Position numbers and translations under genes: made by a program
The notes under the pieces: generated by a model
The model's input: the letters and a program-made list of their open reading frames with translations, nothing else
The model's database searches: none
Told to the model about the DNA's origin: nothing
NCBI RefSeq assembly: GCF_036321535.1
Contig: NC_087436.1
Coordinates: 16,306,001-16,370,000 of the forward strand
Length of the DNA: 64,000 nt
Direction: 5' to 3'
Source of the DNA: Camelus dromedarius
Lineage: Eukaryota
In this document: one piece after another, positions 41,092-54,158 of the stretch
Layout of the letters: the number at the start of each line of letters is the position of its first letter
Numbering within the stretch: the stretch's first letter is position 1

Positions 41092-42099
41092 AGAAAATTG
41101 ACCCCAAAATAGTTATTATTTTAAGTAATTTTTCCTTTGGTGACATAAGTAAATGTATTTTTAAAGAGCAGTGTCCTTTTTTAGCACCACTTTGAACAAT
41201 ACTGTCTGATTTCTGCATGCAGTACTCCTTGCTAATGTTCATATAATCATCCTTAAGAAATGCTAACTTGAAATGAGTTACTAAGTATTCTTTTTCTGGA
41301 TGTATCTAAAACCAGAAACAGATATCAGTAGATCTGGTCAAAGCTGAAGTAGAGTTTGCGTAGATGTTGCAAGTACAAATCATCTTGTCATATTTTAATA
41401 CTTGTTTACCATCATTTTTTGGCTGCCCACAAAATTTCTGCTCTTCATTTCTGTGTTTGTTGTTATCATGAGTGGGTTGGCTCCTATGAGTATTAGAAAT
41501 GTTTTAAAAAGTGTGTCAGCAGTTTAGGCCACATTTTCCATTTTTATTACTTTCTATTGTATTATTTTTAAAGACCCAATTGAATTTCTTTACTACTGTT
41601 GACTTTTGAAGGTCTATGATAATTTTAAATTTAGCTATCTTAGAAACTATTGGCTTAATTTGCATTGGAAAATAGCACAAGAACCCTATGAATATTGACA
41701 ACTTAACTTTTCAGAGCCGCAATCCTTTTGGCCTCAGAGAGGGGCTTTCTCGTGTCATTCCAGTCTTCTGTGTATCTCCTCTCTTTCTTGAGCAGTTTTC
41801 TAGCAAATCTTTGCTGGCAAAAAAGCAAGACTTCAAGGTTACTCTCTTGCCTTAGCACGCTTAAACTTTGTTAAAATTAGTTGCCTTCAGTTCTTTTACC
41901 TGTAAATTGTATGTTTGTATATTGTATTTTCATTTTTTATTTTTCTCATTGAAAATTATTTTTGGATCTTCCATGGAGACAAAGTATGAAACCACCTGAA
42001 TTGTTTTGGGGACTGCAAAATAAATCATAGTTGCACAAGTGGTGCCATCAAGTCCTTAACTAATTTTAAAACATCAAGCAGAGTGTGTACATTGATGTC

Positions 42100-42840
42100 T
42101 ATCAAAGGTATAGAGAAACTGCCACCTTTTTAGACACATTGTTTGCAATTATTGATAGGCAATCAAAAAGTTAAGTACAGAGTTACGATATGACCCAGCA
42201 ATTCATCTCTTAGATATACAGTATCCACAGGGGATTGGTTCCAGGACCCCCTGGACAGCATAGTCCTCTGATGCTTGAGTCCCTTACAGCTGGCCCTCTG
42301 TATAAGTCAGGTTCTGCATCTGCAGATTCAACTTGGGTCCATAGTTCATTGAATCTGTAGATCAGAACCTGCAGATACAGAGGGCAAGCTATATACCCAA
42401 GAGAATTGTGAACATAGTTCCACACAAAAATATATACATTATTGTTCATAGTAGCATTATTCATGATAGCCTAAGAATGGAAACAACCCAAATGTCTGTC
42501 AGCTGATACATGCTACACCATAGATGTACATGAAAACATTATGCAAGTGAAAGAATCCAGACACAAAAGACCACATATTATATGGTTCCATTTATACATG
42601 AAATATCCAGAATAGGAAAACCCAAAGAAAGACAAGGTGAATTAGTGGTTACCAGCAGGTGGAGGTGGGGAAATGGGGAGCGGGTGCTAATGTGTATGGA
42701 GTTTCTTTTTGTTGTGATGTAATGAAATGAAAATTAGTGATGATGGTTGCATAGCTTTGTGAATATACTAAAACCACTGAATTGTACACTGTAAAAGGGT
42801 GAATTCTATGGCGTATGAATTATATTTCAGTTTTTAAAAA
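42100..42840 (+). mobile_element. L1MB/ME-type 3' end interrupted by a Tigger MITE
   Basis: atatgacccagcaattc...tacccaagagaa...ggaaacaacccaaatgtc...gtgaatatactaaaaccactgaattgtacact. Confidence 0.88.
42219..42391. mobile_element. MER2/Tigger-family (TcMar) MITE inserted at TA within the L1
   Basis: gtatccacaggggattggttccaggacccc and gatacagagggcaagcta are MER2-type ends; flanked by TA, and the L1 consensus rejoins across it (tagatata / tacccaagag). Confidence 0.8.
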
Positions 42841-43953
42841 GAAGCACACCAGTTGCCATTTTAATTCATAAGTTGTGCAAAGGGATTTAAATTATCTTAG
42901 GAAAAGTTTTAGGAGTTTTAGAGTTAGGCATAAATCATATTGGTACCTTTACAAGAGTCTGTTAGATTAAGACCACTTAAGTTTATCTTTTCAAGCTATT
43001 TTCCTAAAGAATAGTGTTAAAAAAGCAAAGTGTGCTTAATTAAGAAAAGTGAAAAGGTGTCTTTTTTTGTATTACTAATGTGTGCATTTTATGTAAAATA
43101 TGAATTTTCTTTTTAGTTGGAAGTTCTCAAAATTTTAGTGTTTAAGAGTTTATTAGGAATACAGCTACCAGCATCCCATGCATGCTTGTTAAAATTGATC
43201 CCGGACGTCTAGTGAATTAGACCCGAGAGTAATTTTCTAACAAACTTCCTAAGTGATCCTGAGTTAGACGGTTTTCAAATCTGCTAGACTGTGTGGACTA
43301 TTTTAGTTTTGCATTTATTTTGAAAGGAAAGTAATGATTAAGGGGAAAGAAGAACTCTTAACTTTGCTGAGGGCTAGCTCACAGGTACTTTGGAAATACT
43401 ATTATAAATAGAGTCGAGTGACGCTCACAATTATAACGCTGGCTTGACCCTGTGCCACTGAGCATTGAGGTTGTGATCCTGAATTACTTATTTGTTGTTG
43501 TTTTTTCCTCTATCCATGGATTTCATGGTTTATTTTTTATTTACCTTCATGAATGCTATTTGGCAACATAATAACTAGTGGTATATGAGTAGTATTAGAA
43601 AACAAAGCCAAGAAGCCCAGCATATCTTCCTAGAGTTAATTATAGTGCAGCTGAAGATGTTTTTCACAAAGAATGTGGCACTGCTCATTTGTCGTCAGAG
43701 CATATGCTATGAGTTATGTTTCCAGTAATGATGGTCATTTTGGACGTTTTTTGCTTGTTTTATTTGCTTTTTGTTTGAACCGTTTCCAACCTAATTTCTT
43801 TTTCAACTAATAACATGGTTATGTGACTTTTTACTAAGATCGGAGGCCTGTCTTTGACTATGAAATGTTTGATACTCAAATTTTTAGCTTCTGGTGATAT
43901 AATTTTTTTTCTGAGGTTAATTTTTGCTTTTTTTTGCCATTGTTACTTGACTA

Positions 43954-44075
43954 CAGTGGCTTGCAAACCTTTTTGACCTAAAAAATAAACTTTACATCAC
44001 AATCCAACAAACACACACATATATAATATATGTATATAACTGAAACCAAAATTTTGCCAAAAATATCTACCCTGA
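43954..44075 (+). mobile_element. Charlie4a-like hAT fragment
   Basis: cagtggcttgcaaacctttttgacc...tttacatcac...aactgaaaccaaaatttt...taccct. Confidence 0.55.
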
Positions 44076-44089
44076 GATTTCTTGTTTTC

Positions 44090-44362
44090 AAGACTTTTTT
44101 TTTCAGCAGTTTTAGGTTTACAACAAATTTGAGAGGAAGTTACAGAAATTTCCCATATACGCCCTCTCCACACATATGCATAGTGATTATTTTAATTTAC
44201 CAGTGTGGTAGTTTTTTTTTTTTTTTTTTAACTAAGGATGAATGTACTTTGACACATCGTAATCACCAGAGTCCACAGCGCATCTTAGTTTGGACAAAAA
44301 TATAATGACATAGATATCCATCGTTATAACATCATGCAGAGTATTTTCACTGCTCTAAAAAA
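44090..44362 (-). mobile_element. L1MC-type 3' end fragment
   Basis: gcagttttaggtttacaacaaatttgagaggaagttacagaaatttcccatatac...cagagtattttcactgctctaaaaa. Confidence 0.8.
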
Positions 44363-46674
44363 AGTCACTACTCCAGAATGGCACATGGAATCTCTTTCCT
44401 TTTTCCCTTGAAACAAGGTTCAAAGGCTTCTTGTCTGTAAGACCACTCATGGCCCACCCATGCATGGACCAGACAGGCTCTAGGTGGCAAATTCCGCCAC
44501 TAAATACTGCAGCTTTTCTTCCAATATTGAGTCCTGTCCCTCTTGTCTTGCCCAGCAGCCACGTGGAGGTGCAGGGGGACATGTGTAGGGTGTGTTCATA
44601 GGAGGACCCCAAGTTTTGTGCCCCTTGGCACAGTGAACCCAGATTCCTGTTGGGTGGGTTGTAAACAGAGGAGCCATTTCTTCAGGCCCCTTGCTGGTGA
44701 TATTTCTTATTATGGAATTCTTGTATATAGGCATTTACAGTGAATTTGGGTCTAATATTTACTTTTATGTAGTGGTTTGTTATTAGTGTATTTTACTAAC
44801 GGGTAAATTAATGGCAATATATTAAAATATTAGTATTATAGTCATTAATAGTATGTAATTAGTAGTATGTAATTAATAAGATAGCTAAGAAATTATTTTA
44901 GTCAATTTTATATTCTGAATCTAGCATATTATTTTATTCTCCAAATGATCATTAAGACATACAGTAGTTAGATTTGTAACATTGTTGTCATTCTGTTTGA
45001 AGACATTTGTGCTTTCCTCACGTGGCAATGTTTTTACTACGTTAGATATGTAGTGTATATGGCAAGTTTTTCCTATGCTCCGTGTATGCTAAACTTGCCT
45101 TTAGATTGCAGCTGTAAGTTCTGTTCACCAGCACTCCTGTGGCTCTTTCTTCTCTGGTCTCTAAGGCAGCCTAATAGCTTTGCTCAGAGTCAGTCTCCCC
45201 ATCTCTGACGGTCGCACACAAGTTGCCTGGTCTGCTCTTGATATTTCCCGGCATTCCACATCTTGAAGTTATTTTTAGTATCTGGACTTACTTTTTAGAA
45301 AGTTGATCTGGGGAGTATACATCCATTTACATTCTTTAGACAATTAAGATTTCTGAAGTTATATCACTTTAGGAAGTAATAAAAATCATTAAAAACCTGT
45401 GTTTTATTTTTATCTGGAAATATGATGATTTGCTCAGGCACAGAATAGAGGCCATGAAGGACTATGACCAGTGTATGAAAAGCAGCAGTTATTATCATGT
45501 CCCTTTTAGGGATTACTGTCCAGTCAAGCAGAGAGGAGTAAATGAGAAAAAAAAAAAAAAATTCATGATCTTCCCTGCCTTGATGAGAAGATCGGTGTTC
45601 TCTGGAGTTCAAAAACCAAAGTGGGCAGGTGGCCTATTACCAGTCTTATATACATAAGAAGTGGGGAATCGTGCTAATAATAATGTTTTGTTACTTGTTA
45701 ACGAGTGACATAATTTTGACTGCTATTCAGAATGATGGCAAGATACGGGAAATTTAAGAAGATATGGACTTAAGATTTTTGAATTCAGGTGATTGTCAAG
45801 TGGCCAAATACAAGTTCTACCTGGTGTCCTCATTGGGACCAGCAGGAATAAGGCACTTATAAATTGGTATGAACAAAAATTTAAAATAGATATGATAGAC
45901 TCCCAGCTCCTGTTAATAGGGGCATTGGTTTACAATCATGATTAATTACTTATGTTATTTACAGTGTATTATTTTATGAAACCTGATCTGTGAGCTCCTA
46001 AATGGGCATGTGTCATGTGGGAAATTGGAGGTCTTATAGAGACTTGATGTACTGTTTGTTTAAGGGATGTGACTTTCTCCTCCCGCACTTCTAGAATTAA
46101 AACAATCCTCTGTTTCTAAAGATTTAAAATCAAGTCCCAGTTTGCATCATAGTATAGGGGTTCTTTAATTTACTTGGTAGACCTGTTTACTGCACACTGT
46201 ATAGTTTATGAGTGTTACCCTAAATGCTTAATTATGGACCCAGGATTCCATGTGTAGAGCACTGCATGAACTAATATAGTTGCTCTATTGTTTGCATTTT
46301 GGTGGACTATATTAAAATACTTAACACTAAAGTGTTTAAAGCACTTTTACTGAAACTAGCAATGTTTCTGCCTTGAAGTCTAATGACATTTAAAAGCAAC
46401 TTTAATAAATATAAAGGTACAGTTCCTAAACAGATTTTATTCTTGTTAAAACATTTATAATAGTAATATTTTAGGTATGAGATTTATGAATCATAACCAA
46501 AGAATGCATGATTATATAACTTAAATTCATACAGTATTTGACATTTTACAAATAGCTTTCACTTACTAGTTGCTGGAGCCTCATAATGTCCTTGGGAAGC
46601 TCATAGTAAAGATATTCCAGATTTCAGATTTTCTGGAAATTCAGAAAGGCTGATAGGCATGGTCACACAACTGA

Positions 46675-48142
46675 GAAGGAAGAAATAAAATTGTTCTTGT
46701 TTGCAGATGACACGATCTTATTTACAGATACTCTGAAGACTCCACACAAAGAAATGAATTCAATGAAGTTGCAGAAAACAAAATTACCGTACAAATTTCA
46801 ATTGCTTTTCTGTACACTGACAATGAGCTATTTGAAAAGGAAATTAGGAGAACAATCTTACTTACAATAGCACTAAAAAGAATAAAATACTTAGGAATAA
46901 ACTTAATTAAGGAGATGAAAAATTTATAAACAGAAAACTACAAAACACTGATAAAAAAAATTAGACACAAACAAATGACATGTTTGTGGAGTGGAAGACT
47001 TAATGTTAAAATATCCGTACTACTCAAAGTGATTGACAGGTTCCTTGCAGTCTCTGTCAAAAATCCCAGTGTCATTTTTTTACAGAAGTACAAAAGAACA
47101 ATCCTAAATTCATATGAACAACAAAAGACCCTGAATAACCAAAGTAATCTTGAGAAAAAAGAATAAAAATGGAAGCATCATGCTTCATGATTTTAAAATA
47201 TATTATAAAACTACAGTAATTAAAACAGTGTGATACTGGCATAAAGACAGACATATATAGACCAGTTGAACCAGGTAGAGAGCCCAGAAATAAATCCATG
47301 CGTGTATGGTCAGCTGATCTTCAGCAAAGTTACCAATATTATCCACTAGGGAAAGGGTAGCCTCTTAAATAAATATTGTTGGGAAAACAATATCCACATG
47401 CAAAAGAATGAAATTGGACCCTTAGCTTAGACCATATACAAAAATCAATTCGAAATGGATTATAGACTTAAATGTAAGACTGAAGCCATGAAACTCCTAG
47501 AAGATAACATAGAGGAAAAGCTTCATGACATTAATCTTGGCAGTGATTTCATGGACATGACACCAAAAGTACAGGCAACAAAAATAAAAATAGATGAAGG
47601 AGACTACCTCATACTAAAAAGCTTCCACACAGCAAAGGAAACAGTCAACAAAATGAATAGGTAGCCTATGGGATGACAGAAGTTTTTTTCAAACTATACA
47701 TCAGATAAGCGGTTAATTTCCAAACTATATAAGGAACTCCTACACCTCAATAGCAAAAAAAAAAAAAAAGAAAAAAGAAAAAAACAAACAAAGAAAGACT
47801 AATAACCTCATTTTAAAATGGGCTAAAATAATTTTTAAATGTTTTTTAAAAGTAAACTAACTACTTCAATTTTTAAAAATAAATATTTAAAAATGGACTA
47901 AAGAATAGAATAGATATTTCTCCAATGAATGCTTCCCGCTAACAAATGGCCAACAGGTGTATGAAAAGATGCTCAAAATCACTATTCATCAAGGAAATGC
48001 AGATCAAACTACAATGAGATACCATCTCACACAGGTTGGGATGGCTGTTATATATAGTTTAAAAAAAAGACACCAAGTATTGGTGAGGATGTGGAGAAAC
48101 TGGAACCCTTCTACACTGCTGGCAGGAATGTAAAATGGCTGC
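46675..48142 (+). mobile_element. L1 ORF2 fragment (RT FADD motif to C-terminal domain), truncated at both ends
   Basis: gaagaaataaaattgttcttgtttgcagatgac = EEIKLFLFADD; ORFs at 46975 and 47455 resemble L1 ORF2p (MKLLEDNIEEKLHDINLGSDFMDMTPK); frameshifted. Confidence 0.92.
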
Positions 48143-48689
48143 AAAGGTAACAAAGCAGAAAGGGGTGTTGTTGTCTGACATGATGAGGATGGAACAGTGG
48201 CTGACATTCTCCAATGTCAGGAGCTATTTCAGGAGATGAGTCCTACTTCACTTCTGATACTGAGCATATTAGAAACTTTCTAACCTCTAGAAATTTGTAC
48301 TTGTTTAGCTCATCTAGAATACTCTTTCCCCAAATACTTATTGGGCTGCTTTTTATCCTTAAGTCTCAAGTCATATGCCACCTTTCCAGAGGAACCTTCC
48401 CTGCTCATTCTATTCAAAATTCTCAATTACTCTGTATCTAATCACTTTGTTTGTAGCACTAATCACTATCTAACGTCTTGTTGAATAATGTATGTGTTAA
48501 TGTCAGTTTTCCCACAAGAATGAGAACAGGGACCTTGTCAGTGTTACTGCTGTATTCTCAGTTAAGCACAATCCCTAACACACATGGTAAGTCCTAAATG
48601 AATATATAATAGTAGGATAAATGAATGAACTTAGGATCCAGGGGTTTTGTGGGTAAGGAGGGGAAGTGGTAGCGAGAAGAGAACTGTCC

Positions 48690-48825
48690 GTTGTTGAACA
48701 CCTACTATGTGCCAGGCATTGTTTTAGGCATTCCTTTATATAGTAACTCATTTTATTTTCCCGTTGTAGATCTGCTTTGAGGAAATTGAGGCTTAGTAAT
48801 AAAAATAAGTGACTTACCCACTGTT
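48690..48825 (-). mobile_element. MIR fragment
   Basis: ttgttgaacacctactatgtgccaggcattgttttagg...gaggaaattgaggcttag. Confidence 0.7.
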
Positions 48826-49148
48826 ACTGTTGGCCTGGTCAGCGCCTTTTGAATCTTAAGGAGATCCTAACTCAGAGATGATGCTGGACTGGGTTTTTAT
48901 TCCCCTTTGGAGGAGGCTGTTCTCTTTCAGACTGGAAGTCTTCTGAGACAGTCTCAGATGTCAGTGAAGCAGGGAGAAGAAAAATACTACCAGGGACTAG
49001 ATGGAATGCATGTTTCCAGAATCATTAGGGCCATCTGCTAGGCTTTGGGGTTTTACTGGTTTGGGTTTTAAACCTAATCAGCTTCTTTAATTGGAGAAAG
49101 ATCAAACTTCAACTAATTTATTTAAAAATTGTTTTTATGAGTCTAAAA

Positions 49149-49377
49149 CAGGAATTAGCAAACTATGGCCCATGGGCCAAATCCAGCTTGCTGCTTGTTT
49201 TAGTAAATAAGCTTTTTTTTTTTTTTGGAAAATTTGCCACCATGTTTATTTGTTTATATTGTCTACGGCTGCCTTTGGGTTACAGTAGCAAGGCTGAGTA
49301 ATTGTGATAGTGATTGTATGGCAAAGCCTAAGATATTTACTATCTGGTCTTTTGTAGAAAATGTTTGCCAACCCCCA
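49149..49377 (-). mobile_element. MER58A hAT-Charlie element, full length
   Basis: caggaattagcaaactatggcccatgggccaaatcc...atatttactatctggtc...tttgccaacccc; degenerate 8-bp hAT TSD gtctaaaa / atctaagc. Confidence 0.85.
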
Positions 49378-50379
49378 ATCTAAGCAGTTAGCAGCAAAAT
49401 GTAAACAAAAATAAAACCAGTTTTTACAAAAAGTGAACAATCAAAAATCCACAAAAAATCACTAGATTACAGTGGTTAAAGTTCAAACTGACTTTGAACA
49501 TCTAGCCAAAGATTGGACAACCCTTAATTTTCTTTCCTGCTGTAAATCCCTGCTTTTTTAGTTGTGTAACTGTTCATCCAGATTAGATCATTGTTCTCTC
49601 AGGAAATGAACAAAATGATTCTCTCATTTTAATGTCTCTTTTACACTGTGCCATCAAACAGAGAAAATTCACCACTTGTTTCACTATCTTATATGTTCTG
49701 TATTTCAAAATCCATCTTAAAACTATCTTACCTTTCCAAAGTAGACGTTCCTGAGTAATTTAGAACCATCATGTAAGAACAGCATTTCTAGTTTCCTACA
49801 CAAATATATTTAATCAGAATAAAGACATAATTTATAAATATGCATGGGATGTGGAATATTTTAATTTTATGATCAACTAAAAGTAAATCAGAAACCATTT
49901 ATTTACTTCTTTGGTGAAAATGACATAATGATAATGATGTTATCTTTTGTCGGCAGGCTCTTTGATAGCCCAGGGTCACACTGTAATATTAACAGGATCC
50001 TAGATCTGAGAGAACCTGGAGTATGTTATTTTGCTCTGCTACCCAGGAAGTGCAATAAACCCTTCTTCATTTCCCTTAGGGATGATTATCTGGTTTCTGT
50101 GTGAACACTTTAGTTGACAGGTGGAAATGTGTGTGAGAGCGTTAACTAAGGGAAAGAAGAAAAGAAGAAGAAGTTGTGGCCATTTCCTTATGAGACTCAG
50201 GCAAAGAACTGGGTGTGAATGAGTGAATAATTTGTTTCTACCCCTTCCCCACCTCCCTGCTGCTGAACCCAAGTGTCTCACACAAAAGCCCTCAGTAGGT
50301 ACCTGTTTAATTTTAATTAAATTTCAGCCGAGGAAAGAACATATACAGAGATACTGAAGAGAGTTAAGTTATTTTGGTT

Positions 50380-50920
50380 AACAGTGACCCAGTTTGACTA
50401 ATGTAAAGAAGAAAGTAGGTGGTACTTAAGACCAAAAAGGGAGTTTGAGGTCAGATATTCAGAGGGACTTGAATGCCATGATGAGGAATTGGGTTTATTC
50501 TGTGCTCAAAGAAGAGCATTTTAGGATTTTGTGGAGCAGAGTGGGTATGACTGAAGTTCCAATTTAGGAAGTTTACTCTAGTAGCTTCATATAGGATTGA
50601 ATGGAGTAGGGACAGTTGACACTTGTAAATAATATGAGCCTGATGTAGAATAGTGGCCGTAGGAGTGAGTAACACAGAAGACAAAGAAATATTTAGGTAG
50701 AATTTGTAGGATTTTGTATCTCAATAGAAGTTAAATAGTATTCTAACGTTTTGACTTTAGGTGACTGGATGATGGTGGTGAATTTAAAAGAAATGGGAAG
50801 TCATGAAGAGGAGAAGGTTTTGGAAATATATTGTCATGTTCATCCTTGGATAGGTTGAGTTTCAGATGTTGGTACAATACCCAGGTGGAGGAAGCTAGAT
50901 GATTTAAGTTTTGGGTGTAC
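50380..50920 (-). mobile_element. L2 fragments
   Basis: gggacttgaatgccatgatgaggaattgggtttattct...ggtgactggatgatggtggtg...gttgagtttcagatg. Confidence 0.65.
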
Positions 50921-51018
50921 AGCAGAAGTTACAAACCAGTAGCCCATGGACAGTGTAAAGCTACAGAAATGTTTTTTGTTTGGCAGGGTAGTTTTTTTTT
51001 AATCTAAAATGATTTTTT

Positions 51019-51203
51019 AAATTTGTATTCTTTTTTATTGAAGTAGAGTCATTTTACAGTATTGTGTCAATTTCTGGCGTACAGCACAATGCTTCAGTCA
51101 TACATATACATACATATATTCGTTTTGATATTCTTTTTCATTATAGGTTAGTACAAGATACTGAAATAGTTCCCTGTGCTATCCAGTAGAAACTGATTGT
51201 TTA
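51019..51203 (-). mobile_element. Short 5'-truncated L1 3' end
   Basis: ttttttattgaagtagagtc...atagttccctgtgctat; perfect TSD taaaatgatttttt (51005-51018, 51204-51217). Confidence 0.85.
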
Positions 51204-51249
51204 TAAAATGATTTTTTTATCTCACTCCTTAGCTAATAGGTTGACTATT

Positions 51250-52050
51250 ATTTTCTCTCCTAGTATTTAGAAGATACTATTATTGCATTAACTTTTCACT
51301 TTTGTTGTTACTGTTGAGAAATCTCTGTTGTAAGATCTATCAGCTGTTCCTTTTTAGAATGCTTTAAAATTTTTTCCAAGTGTCTCAGGTTTTGCAGTTT
51401 TATAATAATGTGTTCAAACAGATTTATTTTTATTTATTCTGCTTGGTACTTATTTTGCATCTTGAATCTAAGGATTTGTGTTTTAAAAACATTCCAGAAA
51501 GTTCTCAGGATTATCACTTTGATATTGTCTCCTCCCCATTCTCTGTTTATTCTTGGTAGAATTCCTTTTAGATATAAGATTCTTTCTCATTCTCCTCCAT
51601 GCCTACGAAGCATCTCTTGTATTTTCCACTGTATTATTTCTCTGTGCTCCATTCTTGTAATTTCTTCACATTTTTTAAATCACTAACTGACTCTTCAGCT
51701 ATTTCAAATCTATTTAATCAGTCCAGTATAAACTTAGTGGCTGTTTTTTCATTTCTAGAATTTCTGTTTGGTTCTTTTTCAATCTGACTTTAAAAAAAAC
51801 TGTGTCTCCTTTCCTTATATTCTCATTCTTTGATATGTCTCTGATAACTTAAAACGTTTATTTGAGAAGCCTTGTTCAATATTGCTGTCATCTGTAGTTC
51901 TGTTTGTGCTGTTGGATGCCTCTTACTCATGATGGTCTGTTCCCTCATACATGTAATTTTGGATTGTGAGTTCATCTTTAGGAGAACCTTTACCTGTTAG
52001 AATCCTTGAATGATAGTAAACCTCTCCAGAGTATTTAGCTTTCCTCTCTT
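51250..52050 (-). mobile_element. Old L1ME/HAL1-like ORF1-region fragment, antisense
   Basis: T-rich tracts typical of antisense L1 ORF1 (tgttactgttgagaaatct, ttctagaatttctgtttggttcttttt). Confidence 0.55.
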
Positions 52051-52232
52051 CCAAGTATCCCAGCCTGGGACCAGTTTATATGTCAAGATGTTTACTAGTA
52101 ATATTATTCACTTACTCCTTGAGGCCTGTGGGTTGTAATGTTCTCTCATCGTGAGTCTGCAGGTTCCTCAGAATGGCTTGTTGGTTTCCTTGACCCTGTA
52201 TGTGAATAGCATCTTCATCAGCATCCAGTCTA

Positions 52233-52318
52233 GTATGACTGACACGTTGTGCTGTGTACCAGAACGTGATACAACATCGTAAACTGACTGTGCTTCAATA
52301 AAAAAGAAAAAAAGAAGA
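52233..52318 (+). mobile_element. Very short (about 85 bp) L1 3' end with poly(A)
   Basis: gtatgactgacacgttgtgctgtgtaccagaa...cttcaataaaaaa; TSD atccagtcta (52223-52232, 52319-52328). Confidence 0.82.
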
Positions 52319-53664
52319 ATCCAGTCTAATTGTACCTTCTGATTCCTATGAGGATACTGACCAGTGCACTGGGTGTATTTAGTCATGGTACAGGCTAAGT
52401 TGTTCTCTGTCATGTTTAAGCCACTGTATCTTGCAGTGTTACTATTTGCCTTTCGCATACCCAGAACTTTTAATGTATTGCTGGTGTTATTATTTAGGGT
52501 CTCCTTATTTTTGTCTCATACACAGAGAAGAGGAGCCTAAAGTTGGAGAGGGAATCTGCTGGTTGTAGAGTATGACTGCCCTCTCTAGACCCAAGATGGG
52601 TCTAGTTTGCTTCACTTCCCAGCCAGCAGGAAGGGAGAAAGGAAACATGCCCGTTCTTTTTGAGATGGACAACCTGGCAGTGGAACATGTTACTTCTGTT
52701 CATATCTCAGTACCCATAACTTGGTCACATGGCCTCATCAAGTTAGAAGGAAGAGTGGTAAATGTGTCTCTGCCTAAGATTTTTATTATTAAAGAAAGTA
52801 GGAGTGGCTATTGAATGACAAATAGTCTTCGCCACAGTAGTTCACCTTCATAGAGGCAGAAAATTTTCAGACTTAAAGGGGAGGATATTTGCACCTTTAA
52901 TAGAAAATTTCAATAGAGTATAATGGAATTATAGATTTAAAGGAGTTGAGGTGTGATGGGGTGAAGAGATTGCAGAGTGAGTGAGTGAATATGGCTTCTT
53001 TTGAGAAGTAGAATATCCAATGAAAGAAGAAATGATTCCAGGATGAATGGGAATTAAGGAAAAGATTCTTTCTAGTAGCAAAATCTGAATAGTCTCAGAG
53101 GAAGAATAAATTAGAAGGGGAAAAATTGGAAACCAGGCACATAGCATATTTTCAGGAGATAGGAGGACACTTTTTACCCCAAAGCACAGGGTAAAGAGGA
53201 GCAGGAGGGTTAAAATACGAACATTTTACAGTGGAGAAGAAAGTCAAGAAAAAATGCATAATGTTCTCTTTTTAAAGGCAAAAGCCAGACAGTCTACTGA
53301 GAAAGAAACTGAGGCATATTTGCAATTTAGGGCAGCCATTGAAGGGAGTATGACATTAGAAACACAAAAATAATCAGAGTAGAATTTGAGCCCCTTAAAG
53401 ATACAGAGCTTGGATTTATAGTACAATTATTAGTATATGGTTTGATTTTCTGTAATGAAGCATGGTGGCCCGTGTATATCAGCTAGAAAAATAGATCATG
53501 GGATTTTAATCACCAAGATGATTAACAAAGTAAGTATGGGAATGGTCAAACTGATAAGCGCCCAGGCTGCTTTTAAAAAAATCTAGTTGAAAAAAACACC
53601 ATGGGGCCCGGTTTGGGGTTAAACAGGTCAGGCAGGTCTAAGGAAAATGTGGGCAGGAAAATGT

Positions 53665-54158
53665 GCTCGTTTACTATTGCTGTGCTATGAATTACAGAAG
53701 TTAACAGCTAAAACAGCAGTAGGCATTCCTATCTCACATAGTTGTATTGGATCAGGAGTTTGGGGATGCTTAGCCAGGTGGTTCCGGCTCTCCATCTCTC
53801 CTGAGCTCGTAGTCAAGATGTCTTCTGGAGCTACGTCCTCAGAGGTGTGACTGGGCCTTCTAAGATGACTCACTCCCTCTGTTGGTGAATCATCAGGAGA
53901 CCTCAGCCCCTCACCACATGGACCTCTCCATAGAGCTGCTTGAATTTCCTCACCATGTGGCAGCTGATTTCCCCTGGCCAGGCCATCCAAAATAGAGAAG
54001 GGTGGAAGGCACAACACCTTTTATGACTTAATCTCGGAAGTCCCACTGTGTCATTTCTACAGTGTCCAGTTGGGTACAGGGTCAGCTGTCTTTAGTGTAA
54101 GAGGGAACCAGCAAGAGCCCGAATACCAGGAGGGGGCTATCTTGGAGGCTGCCCACCA
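53665..54158 (-). mobile_element. MLT1 (F/G/H-type) solo LTR
   Basis: ctattgctgtg...ggatcaggagtttgggg...cctctccatagagctgcttgaatttcctcac...catcttgg-like end ctatcttggaggctgcccacca. Confidence 0.75.

Noticed and set aside
48180..48263. C/D box snoRNA-like pattern (ATGATGA...CTGA) with an internal 8-bp hairpin ctgacatt-ctcc-aatgtcag
   Set aside because: No convincing terminal stem and no rRNA/snRNA guide that I recognise; such short boxes arise by chance. An Rfam or snoscan search would settle it.
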